DNA from: an uncultured Planctomycetaceae bacterium
GTDB taxonomy: Bacteria > Planctomycetota > Planctomycetia > Pirellulales > PALSA-1355
NCBI GenBank assembly: GCA_963785305.1
Contig: CAWAUV010000008.1
Span: 1,440,001 to 1,504,000, forward strand
DNA: 64,000 bases
Direction: 5' to 3'
In this document: one piece after another, positions 42,194 to 52,499 of the stretch
Position numbering within the stretch: the stretch's first letter is position 1
Layout of the letters: each line of letters begins with the position of its first letter
The notes under the pieces: model-generated
Told to the model about the DNA's origin: nothing
The model's database searches: none
Seen by the model: the letters and a program-made list of their open reading frames with translations, nothing else
Translations under genes and position numbers: made by a program

Positions 42194-45100
42194 TCAGTTG
42201 ACAATCGAGCCGCTCGACGCGTTTAGCACTCCGGTCGGGCCGGTCTTGCCGTTGGTTCCCGGCGCACTCAAGAACCAGTCGAGTTCGCTGCTCGCGCCGA
42301 AGAGTTGGTCGGCCACCGAGCTGAGGTTCAAGGTCGAGGAATTGATCGCCACGCTGTCGGCGCCGCTTTCGAGGGCCGCGACGCGTTGGCTCAGCGACAC
42401 GCCGGGCGAGCTCCACTCTTGCAGAATCGACTCGAGCGCCGCTTCGAGATGGTCGTAGATCAGCGTGCCGCCGATCATCAACGAACTGCTATTGGCCGCG
42501 GCCGACAGACGCGAGGCGCCGGTTCCCGCGATCTCGACATTGTAGCCCGACCCGCCGGTGAGCACATCACGGCCACTACCGCCGACGAGCATGTTCGGGC
42601 CACTGCCGCCGGTAAGCGAATCGTTGCCGCTGCCGGCATAGAGAAACGCGGGCAGCGTGATGGCGGAATTCACCGAGAGCGAGTCGTTGCCGACGCCGGA
42701 GTACATGACGATGCGGCCGGTGGGATGAAAGGTTCCCAGGCTCTTGCCGTTGAAGAGCACGCTCACCGCGCCGCCCGAGGCTGGGTTCACCACGATCGAA
42801 TCGCTACTGGCGTAGGAAGTTCCGCAAATCAGGTCGGTCAGGGCCGTGTTGAACGGATCGGGGGCCATGACCACGCCGGCGTTGACGACCGCCACCGAGC
42901 TCGTCGCGGAGTTGTTGGCGGGCGCCGGGTCGTAAGTCGGGCTGCTCACCACGGCGGTCGTGGGCAAGACGACTCCGTTCGCCGTGTCGGCGTTGACGAG
43001 CGTGGTGATTTGAAACGTGGCCGTTTGGCCAGCCGCCAAGGCGCCGCCCACGTCGGCCACTTGGGTCGAGGTCATGCTGAGCGTAAACGCCGGACCGCCG
43101 ATTTGTTGCTGAAACACGGTGGTCAGCGGCTCATTGACCAGCGACAGGCCCAGGGTGACATTCTCGGCCGGCGAGGGGCCATTGTTGGTGACCACGACCG
43201 TGTACAAGATCGAAGTTCCGGCCAGCAACGACGAGGTCGACGCCGCGATCGAGACCGCCAAGTCGGCGCCGGTCGACACGGTGAGCGTGAAGGTCTGGGT
43301 CACCGCGGCGCCCACGCCATTGTTGGCCGAGACCGTGATCGTGTACACGCCCACGGCCGAGGCGCTGGGCGTGCCCGCGAACGTCGCCGTGCCGTTGCCG
43401 TTGTCGACGAAGGTGACTCCGGCGGGCAGCGCGCCGGTTTCGGCGAGCGTGGCGCCGGGGTAGTCGTGGGCCGTGGTCACGGTGAAGCTGTTCGCGGCGT
43501 CGGTGTAGAACGAGGCGCTGGCGACGCTGGTGATCGTGGGCGCTTCGTTCACGGTGAGCGTGAACGATTGCGTGGCGTTGGGCGAGATGCCGTTGGCGGC
43601 GGTGATCGAGAAGGCATACACGCCGCCATCGCCGGCGGCGGGCGCGCCGGCGAGCGTGGCGGTTCCGTTGCCATTGTCCACGAACGTCACTCCGGCCGGC
43701 AGCGCGCCGGTCTCGGTGAGCGTGGTCGCGGTCGGGTAGTCGGCGCCGGTGGTCACGGTGAACGAGCCATGGGCGCCGACCAGCATCGTGTCGCTCGCGG
43801 CGCTGGTGATCGAGGGCGCGGCGTTCACGGTGACCACGAGCGTTTGCGTGGCGACGGGCGACACGCCGTTGGAAACCGTGATCGCCAGCGAATACGAGCC
43901 GCCCGCCGTGGGCGTGCCGGCGAGCGAGGCGGTTCCATTGCCGTTGTCGACGAATGTCATGCCGGCCGGGAGCGTGCCCACTTCGCTAATCGATGGCGGC
44001 GAGGGGTAGTCGTGGCCGGTGGTCACGGTGAACGAACTGGCGGTGTTCAAAGTGAAAGTGGTCGCGGCGACGCTGGTGATCGAGGGCGCTTCATCGACCG
44101 TGAGCGTGAATGATTGCGTGATGGTGGCGGTGGTGTTCGCGGCCGAAATCGTGATTGCATACGAGCCGCCGGTTCCCGCGGCGGGCGTGCCGGCGAGCGT
44201 CGCGGTTCCGTTGCCGTTGTCGACAAAGGTCACGCCACTGGGCAAGGCGCCGGTTTCGCCAAGCGCTCCGACCGGGTAGCCGACGCCTTCGTCGACCGTG
44301 AATGTGCCCGCCGAACCGGTGGTGAACGTGGTGGAGTTGGCGCTGGTGATCGTGGGCGCTTCGTCGACGGTGAGCGTGAAGCTTTGCGTGGCATTGGGCG
44401 ACACGCCGTTCGCGGCCGTGATCGTGAAGGTATAGACGCCGCCGGTTGCCGCGGCCGGAGTGCCGGCGAGCGTTGCCGTGCCGTTGCCGTTGTCGACGAA
44501 TGTCACGCCCGCGGGCAACGCGCCGCTTTCGCCGAGCGTGGTGGCCGAGGGGTAATCGTGGGCGGTCGTGATCGTGAGCGAACCGGCGGCGCCGGCAGTG
44601 AACGTGTCGCTGGCGGCGCTGGTGATCGTGGGGGCTTCGTCCACGGTGAGCGTGAAACTTTGCGTAACGTGCGAAGTGCTGTTCGTGGCGGTGATGCTCA
44701 GGCTGTAGACCCCGCCGTCTCCGGCAAGGGGCGTGCCGGCGAGCGAAGCGGTTCCGTTGCCATTGTCGACGAATGTCACGCCCGCGGGCAGCGCGCCCGA
44801 CTCGGTGAACGCGGCGGCCGGATAGCCGCGCCCCTCGGACACGGTGAAGGAGCCGGCCGAGCCGACCGTGAAGCTCGTGCTCGCGGCGCTCGAAATCGTC
44901 GGCGCTTCATCGACCCCGAGGAGCACCGTTTCGTTGACCGTGGTCACGCCGTTCGACGCGGCGATCGTGATCGGATAGAGCGCGCCGGTTCCCGCGGCCG
45001 GCGTGCCCGAGAGGGCGCCGGTTCCGTTGCCGTTGTCGACATATGTCACGCCGCTCGGCAATGCGCCCGATTCGGTCATGGTCGTGGGCGACGACATTCC

Positions 45101-48100
45101 GAAGGGCGCGGCGACGGTGAATGTGCCGGATTGGCCGACGGAGAAGGTTGTCGCCTGGTCGACATCGAGCGTGAAGTTTTGCGTGGCGATCGGAGCGACG
45201 CCGTTCGAGGCGGTCAGAGTGAGGGCATAGGCCCCGCTGGTTCCCGTGGCGGCGGTTCCCGAGATCGTGGCGGTTCCGTTGCCGTTGTCGACAAACGTGA
45301 GACCCGTGGGCAGCGTGCCGGTATAGCTCAGTGTCGTGCCGGTCGGATAGTCATGGGCCGTGGTCACGTTGAACGAGCCGCTCGCGCCGAGGTCGAAGAT
45401 CGCGGAACTGGCGCTTGAAATGGTGGCGGCTTCATCGACGGTGAGCGTGAAGCTTTGCGTGGCGGCCGGGGCCGTGCCGTTCGCGGCCGTGATCGTGAAG
45501 GCGTACACGCCGCCCGAGCCGACGGCCGGCGTGCCGGCGAGCGTGGCCGTGCCGTTGCCGTTGTCGACGAACGTCACCCCGGCCGGCAGCGCGCCGGTTT
45601 CACCGAGAGTGGTGGTGGTCGGATAATCGTGGGCCGTGGTCACGGTGAACGAGCCCACCGAGCCGACGGTCATCGTCTGGCTGGCGCCGCTGGTGATCGT
45701 GGGCGCTTCGTTCACGGTGAGGGTGAAGGATTGCGTGGCGTTGGGCGCGGCGCCATTGGCGGCGGTAATGGTAAAGGTATACACGCCGCCGTCGCCCGTC
45801 GCCGGCGTGCCGGAGAGCGTGGCGGCGCCATTGCCGTCGTCGACGAACGTGACGCCCGTGGGTAGCGCGCCCGATTCGCCGAGCGTCGGATGGCCGCCGA
45901 CATGGGCGACGGTCGTGATGGCGAACGACCCGCTCGAGCCCACGGTAAACGCGTCGCTCGCGGCGCTCGTGACCTGCAAAGCCGGCTGCACGACGAGCGC
46001 GAAGCTCTGGGTGGCATTGGGCCCGACGCCGTTGGCGGCGGTGATCGTGATATCGTAGGTCCCCGATGTTCCGAAAGCGGCCGTTCCGGCGAGCGTGGCC
46101 GTGCCGTTTCCATTGTCGACGAATGTGACGCCGCTCGGCAGCGTGCCCGATTCGCCCAGGGTGGTCGCGGTGGGAAAGTCGGAAGCGGTCGTGATATTGA
46201 ACGAGCCGGCGACGCCTTCGGTCAGTGTGTCGCCGGTGGCCGATGTAATGCTGGGCGGCTGATCCACGTCGAATGTGTAGGTTTGGCTGCCGGTATACGC
46301 GGTGGGCGACGCGGAATCGGTGGCGGTCACGGTGAAGGTGTACGCGCCGTTGGTCGTGGGCATGCCGCTGAGCACGCCGGCGCTCGAGAGCGTGAGCCCG
46401 GGCGGCAGGCTGCCGGTCGCGCTGTAGGTGTAGGGCGCCGTTCCGCCCGAGGCCGAGATCGATTGGCTGTATGTGGTTCCCACTTCGGCGGCGGGCAAGG
46501 TGGGGGTGAGCGTGATCGTGACCACGTTGAGCGTGGCCGCGTTGCTCGTGGCGTAGCCCACGAGATTGCTGAACACGGCGCGGAAGAGCGCGCCGTTGAT
46601 CGTGGAATTCGGGCTCGTGATCGTGAGCGCGCCGGAGTTCACGCCGCTATAGGTCACGCCGCCCGAGGCGCCGTTGACGAGATTCGCATACGAAGCGCCG
46701 CCGTTGGTGCTGACTTGCCACTGCGCGGTGGGGGCGGGCGAGCCGATCGTGGCCGCGGCGGTAAGCGTGAGAGTTTGGCCGGCCAAGGTCACGGCGCTCG
46801 TCGGTTGGGTAGTCACTTGGGGCGCTTGATCGACGGCGATCGCGGCGGACTGCGTGGCGTTTTCGAGCGTGACGGTCGGATAATCGACACCGGTGGTCGA
46901 GCCGGAGAGCAGCGTGGTGGTGGCGACGCCATTGGCGCCGATCGCCACGACCGTGGGCGTGACGGCCGAGCCCGCGAGCCCTCCGGCGCCGAAGGCGACG
47001 GTGACCCCGGTGAGCGCGGTGCCGGCGATGGGCGTGGTTCCGACGCTCGTGCCGGTGACGGAAACGACTTCGGCCGAGAGCGTGGTCGAGGAATTGGTGG
47101 CGATGGCGCTCGACGAGGGCACGAGCATGATTTGCAACCGGCTCGTGACATTGACATTGCCGTTGATTTCCTCGGCCGAGCCGCCGCCGGGGAAATTGTT
47201 GTCGCCCCACCAGTCGTTGGTGCAAGTGATCGTGCCGGTTCCGATCGCGCCGTCTTGGACGACGCCGTTTTTGCCGTCGGAGGCGTAGTTGTCGTAGAAC
47301 ACGCAACCGGTGACCAAGAGATTGCCAGTGGCCATTTCGACGGCGCCGCCGTTCTGCACCGTTTGCTGGACCCGATTGTTGAAGAACGAGCAATCGGTGA
47401 TCGACATCGTGCCGTTGTTGAGAATTTGATCGCACTCAATGGCGCCGCCGCCGACGGTCGCGGCGACATTGCCGGCGAAGTAACAGTTCGACACGATGAA
47501 GTTGCCGGTGCAATTGTTGCCGCTTGAGTCGGTGCCGAGGTCGTCGAAGGCGATCGCGGCGCCGAAGGCGCTCGTGCCGGTGGTGACATTGTTGATAAAC
47601 GAGCTATTGGTCACCGTGAGGCTTCCGCCGGAGTTGAGCACCACGGCGCCGGGACCATTGTTCGAGAGATTGCCCTGGATGATGCAATTGTTGATCGTCG
47701 TGGCCGAGCCGTTGCTGCCGCCGACGAAGATCGCCCCGCCGCCATCGGTGCTGCCCGAGGGCGACTGGCCGCCTTGGATCGTCATGTTGTCGAAATTAAG
47801 CTGCAGGGCGTGCGGCGGCTGGGTGGAATCGAAGACCCGGCTATGACCGGTTTGCAATATCACGACGCTGCTCGCGCTCGCGGCGGCGCCGGTCGAGGTG
47901 ATGCCCTGGATCGTGATGTTCAGGTCGATCGCGTAGGCCGTGTTGCCGAGCACCAGCGCCACTTGCGTGAGGCGATATGTGCCCAGGTCATTGGGCACGT
48001 TGATCACGAACGGACCTTGATTGTTGTCGGCGTATTCGATCGCCGAGCGGAGCGAGATATTGCCGCCGCTATCCTTGGGGCTCACCTCATCGTTGGCGAC

Positions 48101-48250
48101 TTGGGTGTCGGCGGCCGTGTTGACCGTGACCACGGTGGTCATCATCTTGCGATCTTCAAGCGACTCGAAGCCGAGGCCCAGCCGGGCCGATCGTCCCCAG
48201 AGGCCTGAGTTCTTCGCGGTCTTGCGACGGAAATGCACGTGTTGTCCCAT
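42194..48250 (-). CDS. Giant extracellular adhesin-like protein: LEDR motif, beta-helix, about 12 putative Ig (He_PIG-like) repeats, DUF11-like domain, RTX-like C-terminus
   Basis: FESLEDRKMM near the N-terminus, GGAI/FxxN beta-helix repeats, 11 copies of LP(A/S/T)G(V/L/M)T(F/Y)VD(N/D)GNG, ADLAVS...YTVVVTNNGPSPA...DPAPANN, and GSGNDSL/GSGRDVL nonapeptides. No frameshift over 6 kb. Confidence 0.88.
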   Translation of the reverse strand: MGQHVHFRRKTAKNSGLWGRSARLGLGFESLEDRKMMTTVVTVNTAADTQVANDEVSPKDSGGNISLRSAIEYADNNQGPFVINVPNDLGTYRLTQVALVLGNTAYAIDLNITIQGITSTGAAASASSVVILQTGHSRVFDSTQPPHALQLNFDNMTIQGGQSPSGSTDGGGAIFVGGSNGSATTINNCIIQGNLSNNGPGAVVLNSGGSLTVTNSSFINNVTTGTSAFGAAIAFDDLGTDSSGNNCTGNFIVSNCYFAGNVAATVGGGAIECDQILNNGTMSITDCSFFNNRVQQTVQNGGAVEMATGNLLVTGCVFYDNYASDGKNGVVQDGAIGTGTITCTNDWWGDNNFPGGGSAEEINGNVNVTSRLQIMLVPSSSAIATNSSTTLSAEVVSVTGTSVGTTPIAGTALTGVTVAFGAGGLAGSAVTPTVVAIGANGVATTTLLSGSTTGVDYPTVTLENATQSAAIAVDQAPQVTTQPTSAVTLAGQTLTLTAAATIGSPAPTAQWQVSTNGGASYANLVNGASGGVTYSGVNSGALTITSPNSTINGALFRAVFSNLVGYATSNAATLNVVTITLTPTLPAAEVGTTYSQSISASGGTAPYTYSATGSLPPGLTLSSAGVLSGMPTTNGAYTFTVTATDSASPTAYTGSQTYTFDVDQPPSITSATGDTLTEGVAGSFNITTASDFPTATTLGESGTLPSGVTFVDNGNGTATLAGTAAFGTSGTYDITITAANGVGPNATQSFALVVQPALQVTSAASDAFTVGSSGSFAITTVAHVGGHPTLGESGALPTGVTFVDDGNGAATLSGTPATGDGGVYTFTITAANGAAPNATQSFTLTVNEAPTITSGASQTMTVGSVGSFTVTTAHDYPTTTTLGETGALPAGVTFVDNGNGTATLAGTPAVGSGGVYAFTITAANGTAPAATQSFTLTVDEAATISSASSAIFDLGASGSFNVTTAHDYPTGTTLSYTGTLPTGLTFVDNGNGTATISGTAATGTSGAYALTLTASNGVAPIATQNFTLDVDQATTFSVGQSGTFTVAAPFGMSSPTTMTESGALPSGVTYVDNGNGTGALSGTPAAGTGALYPITIAASNGVTTVNETVLLGVDEAPTISSAASTSFTVGSAGSFTVSEGRGYPAAAFTESGALPAGVTFVDNGNGTASLAGTPLAGDGGVYSLSITATNSTSHVTQSFTLTVDEAPTITSAASDTFTAGAAGSLTITTAHDYPSATTLGESGALPAGVTFVDNGNGTATLAGTPAAATGGVYTFTITAANGVSPNATQSFTLTVDEAPTITSANSTTFTTGSAGTFTVDEGVGYPVGALGETGALPSGVTFVDNGNGTATLAGTPAAGTGGSYAITISAANTTATITQSFTLTVDEAPSITSVAATTFTLNTASSFTVTTGHDYPSPPSISEVGTLPAGMTFVDNGNGTASLAGTPTAGGSYSLAITVSNGVSPVATQTLVVTVNAAPSITSAASDTMLVGAHGSFTVTTGADYPTATTLTETGALPAGVTFVDNGNGTATLAGAPAAGDGGVYAFSITAANGISPNATQSFTLTVNEAPTITSVASASFYTDAANSFTVTTAHDYPGATLAETGALPAGVTFVDNGNGTATFAGTPSASAVGVYTITVSANNGVGAAVTQTFTLTVSTGADLAVSIAASTSSLLAGTSILYTVVVTNNGPSPAENVTLGLSLVNEPLTTVFQQQIGGPAFTLSMTSTQVADVGGALAAGQTATFQITTLVNADTANGVVLPTTAVVSSPTYDPAPANNSATSSVAVVNAGVVMAPDPFNTALTDLICGTSYASSDSIVVNPASGGAVSVLFNGKSLGTFHPTGRIVMYSGVGNDSLSVNSAITLPAFLYAGSGNDSLTGGSGPNMLVGGSGRDVLTGGSGYNVEIAGTGASRLSAAANSSSLMIGGTLIYDHLEAALESILQEWSSPGVSLSQRVAALESGADSVAINSSTLNLSSVADQLFGASSELDWFLSAPGTNGKTGPTGVLNASSGSIVN
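43280..46270 (-). repeat. Intragenic tandem array of 11 Ig-domain repeats (about 270-280 bp period)
   Basis: CCGTTGCCGTTGTCGAC-like core recurs near 43391, 43665, 43935, 44208, 44481, 44754, 45024, 45276, 45552, 45828 and 46104. Confidence 0.9.
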
Positions 48251-48334
48251 GATGACGGGGCTCCGCGAACGAAACGTGTTGGATGTGTGGGGGCGAATGG
48301 CGATCGCGATCGCGACCGTCACGCCGCGACGGAA

Positions 48335-49457
48335 TTACCAGTTGGCCTGGAAGCCGGCCATCGGCCCGTGGAGGAACAGATCGCCCGAATGCGATTGGCT
48401 GCCGAGCTGTTCGGGAGCGAGCGCCAAACCGCCGACATAGAGGCATTGGTAGCCGCCGCGCAGCTCGAAGTGATCGGTGAAGCGGTACGACAGCGTGGCC
48501 GAAAGGTCGAGCACCGTGGCGGCGCCGACCGAGCGGGAACTAGTGTCGAAGGTATTGAAACCGGCGCCGCCGGGCAGGCTGGCGATTCCGGTGGAATTAC
48601 CATTGGATTGGCGATTTTCGATCAAGTTGAGAAAGATGCCCGCCTTGCCGGTGACATCGAAAGTCAGCCGCCGCCAGTTGAGCTTCACATCGGCGCCGCC
48701 TTGGAGGCCGAACATGTAGTTTCCGGCCTTGGTGGTAAGGTTTTCATTGACGCCGAAATATTGATCGCTGCCCGAGATATTGAGGCCTTCGTTCCACTGA
48801 AAGTAGCGGAGACCCACCAGCGGACTGGCGGTGAAATAGCGATTGCCATAGCGGCGGCGGGCATTGAATTCCAAGTTCTCTAGTTGCGAGGTGTACGAAT
48901 AACCCAGGCTCTGGCCGAAGCCGCCGATCAGTTTATCGGCCTGGGTGAAAGGCGACGTGCCCACGACGCCGGCGAGCGGATTGGCCTCGAGTGTGTTCGA
49001 GACCGACCAGCTCTGGAGGCCGAAATACAGTGTTTCCCACTGCACTCGATCGTCGATCGTTCGCAAGAGCGCGATTCGCGCGCCGGGTTGCATCGTGAAG
49101 GCGACATCATTGACGTTGAGCGTGCCGACCACGGGTCCGCCGACGCCGACCGAGGTCTCGCCTAGAAACGCGGTCGAGCCGGTGTTGCGCGAAAGCGCCA
49201 AGACATCGAGCTGCACGCTCCAGTCGGCCAGCCGCTCGGGTCCCAGAATCACTTCGCCCTCGAGCTCCGGCAGCGGCATGGGAATATTGCCGCCGGCAAT
49301 GGCGGCGGCGGCGGGGTCGACGACGGGAATCGAGGGCGCGGTGAGCTGCGGCCCGGCTTGCGGCGGGATCAGCGAGCCATCGGCGCCGGGGGTGTTTTGC
49401 GCCTTGCGGCGCGCCCCAGGCGAACAGCAGCATCGCGACCACGATGACACGGCGCAT
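48335..49457 (-). CDS. BBP7-like outer-membrane beta-barrel protein (apparent frameshift near 49405)
   Basis: Signal peptide MRRVIVVAMLLFAWG in one frame. Amphipathic strands (GLRYFQWNE, NYMFGLQGG, GKAGIFLN, LRGGYQCLYVGGLALAPEQ) and a terminal aromatic (GFQANW) in another. Confidence 0.75.
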
Positions 49458-50113
49458 AATCGGAGCTTGTCGGAAGAAGAATCGGAAGAAGAAAATGAAA
49501 GAGGCGAACTCGAAATGGCTTCGTCGGAACGCTTCGCGATCGAGACCTTGCGTCCGACGGAAAAATGCGTCTGGCGGCCATGCGCCATGACGGGCATCCA
49601 ATTAACGAAACTACGGACATGGCACAACGGCAGTTGCGCCGCCACCAAGGCTGCTAGCCGAGGACCGAAGCAAGAAATTTGCGGTCGTTGCTTTCGGTGG
49701 CGCCGGGCAGATAGCGGCGATCGCTAGCGAGATTTTCGCGCCGGAGCGAGAGGGATGGTCGCGCGCGGCGAGCCGGTGGTTGGGATCGGCCGCGCGACGT
49801 AATCGCAAGTTCGATCAGCTTTTCCGATCGTCGCGCCGACCGTCCGGCGGCGCCGAGCATGCCGTAAGCTCGATCGCTGGCGCCAGCGGTCGCGTTTGCC
49901 GGCGCGGGGAAGGCGAGGCGGAAACCGCGGCGCGAAAAATTTGCTCCGCCGGCAAAAATAATTCAAGTCGGCCCCCGATATCGCCGACCGCCCCGCCCTA
50001 CTTTGGAAGCGCCAAACGGCGCGTGGGCGTTTGACCCGCGCGCCGTTGGGTTAGCTTTTGGGAAGACGGTGGTTGCCCGATCGATCGAGGATTTTCAAGC
50101 GAGGCGGATTTTC

Positions 50114-50758
50114 ATGGCAGTTGCAAGCATGTCCCGGGGGATGTCTCAAAACCTTCGCCTTGGCGCCGGATGGCTGGCGCTGGCGGTGTTGAGCGGCTGT
50201 GGCGGGTCGGTGAATCGCATCGAGGCGCCGGTGGTCAATCCGGCCGACGCCGGGGCCCAGGCGATGACGGACTACGACACGAACCACGATGGCGTCATTG
50301 CCGGCGCCGAGCTCGACGCCGTGCCCAGCCTCAAGCAGGCGCTGCCCAAGATCGAAGGCGGTCGCGTCACCGCCGATAGCATCGCCGATCGCATCAAAGG
50401 CTGGGGACCCACGGCGCTCATGCAAGTGCAGGCCCGCGTGACGATGGACGGCAAACCGCTTGCCGACGCGGAAGTGAAATTCATTCCCGAAAAATTCGTG
50501 GGACCCAATGTCGCCCCCGCCCAGGGCAAGACCGACGCCACGGGCGTCGCCGTGATCTCGGGACCGGGAATCGAGAAAAACGGCTTCAAATACACCGGCG
50601 TCAACAGCGGGTTCTATCGCATCGAAGTGACCAAGCTCGAGGGCGGCAAGCAGATCGTGCCCGAACGCTACAACACGAAGTCCACGCTGGGCACGGAAGT
50701 CGCCATGGGCAACGACGTGCTGCTGACCGGCGTGCGGCTGGAACTCAAGAGCAAGTGA
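50114..50758 (+). CDS. Lipoprotein with EF-hand-like motif and carboxypeptidase-regulatory-like domain
   Basis: Lipobox LSGC, DTNHDGVIAGAEL, VTMDGKPLADAEVKFIP...GKTDATG, and VPERYNTKSTL. Confidence 0.78.
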   Translation: MAVASMSRGMSQNLRLGAGWLALAVLSGCGGSVNRIEAPVVNPADAGAQAMTDYDTNHDGVIAGAELDAVPSLKQALPKIEGGRVTADSIADRIKGWGPTALMQVQARVTMDGKPLADAEVKFIPEKFVGPNVAPAQGKTDATGVAVISGPGIEKNGFKYTGVNSGFYRIEVTKLEGGKQIVPERYNTKSTLGTEVAMGNDVLLTGVRLELKSK

Positions 50759-50858
50759 CGCGCTCGGCGATTCGCGACGAACGGAGGCCGCGCGCTCGCG
50801 TGGTTGGCTCGAGGGTTCTTCGGAGGATTCTTCGTCTGCCTGGAAAGGGGCGAGCGCG

Positions 50859-52346
50859 ATGCGATGCTTGTGTCTTGCGTTTTTGGCGATCGCGCTCTCC
50901 CGCGGCGGGCTTTCCCGCGCGATGGCCGACGACGCGCCGCCCCGGCCGAACATCGTTTATATCCTGTGCGATGATCTCGGCTATGGCGATGTGCATGCGT
51001 TGAATCCGAACCGATCGAAGATCGCCACGCCGAATTTCGATCGCCTGGCGGCGGAGAGCATGGTGTTTACCGACTGCCATTCGGGCTCGGCGGTTTGCAC
51101 GCCCACTCGCTATGGAATTCTCACCGGGCGATACAGTTGGCGATCGAGCCTGCAGCAGGGAGTGCTCAACGGCATGAGCGCGCCGCTGATTGCCCGCGAC
51201 CGGCTGACCGTGGCCTCGCTGCTCAAGCGACAGGGCTACGCGACGGCGGCGATCGGCAAATGGCACCTGGGTCTCGAATTCGGCAAGGACCCCTGGACCG
51301 ACCGGATGGGAGACGGCCCGCTCCAGCACGGATTCGACACGTTTTTCGGCATTAGCGCCTCGCTCGATATGCCGCCGTTCGCGTTTATCGAAAACGATCG
51401 TTTCACGCAACCGCCCACGGCGACCAAGAAATGGATGCGTGAAGGGCCGGCGGCGAAGGATTTCGAGGCGGTCGATGTGTTGCCGGAATTGACTCGCCGC
51501 TCGAGGGAATTCATTGCCGCCCATGCCGCGGAGGCGAAGCGTGGGCATCCGTTTTTTCTCTACCTGCCGCTTGCCTCGCCGCACACGCCGCTGGTTCCCT
51601 CGCCCGAATGGCGGGGCAAGAGCCCGCTAGGCGAATATGGCGATTTCGTGATGCAAACCGACGCCTCGGTGGGTGAGGTGCTCGCCGCGCTCGATGCCGC
51701 CGGCGTGGCCGAGAACACGCTCGTGTTCTTCACGAGCGACAACGGCTTCGCGCCCTATGTGAAGGCCGATCAACTTGAAGCCCAGGGGCATTACCCCAGC
51801 GGCGACTTCCGCGGCTATAAGGCCGATATCTGGGAAGGCGGCCACCATATTCCGTTCATGGTGCGCTGGCCGGCGCGAGTCAAGGCCGGCTCGCGCAACG
51901 ACCAGCCCATCTGCCTGACGGACCTGATGGCCACCTGCGTCGCGATCCTCGGCGAAAAGTTGCCCGATTCGGCCGGCGAAGATTCCGTGAGTCTGCTGCC
52001 AGCCTTGTTGCAAAGCGAAAACGCGCCGCCCCGCCCGGCGGTCGTGCATCATTCGGTGAGCGGCCAATTCGCCCTTCGCGAGGGCAACTGGAAACTCGAG
52101 CTTTGCCCCGGCTCGGGCGGTTGGGCGGCCCCCAATGACAAGGCGGCCGTGAAAATGGGACTCCCGCCGGTGCAGCTTTACGACATGAAGCTTGATCCGG
52201 GCGAGCAGCACAATCTGTCGTCGGCCGAGCCCGAGACGGTGGCTCGCCTCACGGCGCTCTTGGAGAAATACGTCGCCGATGGCCGCAGCACTCCCGGCGC
52301 CACCCAGTCGAACGACGCCACGGTGCGGATCGTGAAAAAGCACTGA
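50859..52346 (+). CDS. Arylsulfatase (Cys-type, FGly-dependent)
   Basis: RPNIVYILCDDLGYGD, CTPTRYGILTGRY, GKWHLG and FTSDNG. Confidence 0.93.
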   Translation: MRCLCLAFLAIALSRGGLSRAMADDAPPRPNIVYILCDDLGYGDVHALNPNRSKIATPNFDRLAAESMVFTDCHSGSAVCTPTRYGILTGRYSWRSSLQQGVLNGMSAPLIARDRLTVASLLKRQGYATAAIGKWHLGLEFGKDPWTDRMGDGPLQHGFDTFFGISASLDMPPFAFIENDRFTQPPTATKKWMREGPAAKDFEAVDVLPELTRRSREFIAAHAAEAKRGHPFFLYLPLASPHTPLVPSPEWRGKSPLGEYGDFVMQTDASVGEVLAALDAAGVAENTLVFFTSDNGFAPYVKADQLEAQGHYPSGDFRGYKADIWEGGHHIPFMVRWPARVKAGSRNDQPICLTDLMATCVAILGEKLPDSAGEDSVSLLPALLQSENAPPRPAVVHHSVSGQFALREGNWKLELCPGSGGWAAPNDKAAVKMGLPPVQLYDMKLDPGEQHNLSSAEPETVARLTALLEKYVADGRSTPGATQSNDATVRIVKKH

Positions 52347-52499
52347 GCGCGAGCGGGACGCGGCATTCGCCGATTGGCGCGGTTTTTCGGCAAGGCGCGG
52401 CGCGCAACCGCGAGCGCGCAAAAACCTTGCATTCCCTCGCGCTCTTCGCGCCTTGGCCTTGGATAACCGAGCCGAGTCGGTCGCCGCGGGGCGTCTCGA

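Noticed and set aside
43280..46270. Possible CRISPR array or DGR-type repeats
   Set aside because: The period is about 275 bp, the repeats are in-frame protein domains with synonymous variation, and no cas or reverse transcriptase gene is present.
42305..47527. Long plus-strand ORFs (602, 434, 545 aa) antisense to the adhesin
   Set aside because: Arg/Gly-rich shadow ORFs expected opposite a GC-rich repetitive gene, with no recognisable motifs.
49619..49640. Sigma-54 promoter-like TGGCAC...TTGC
   Set aside because: GG-to-GC spacing is 13 nt rather than the required 10.
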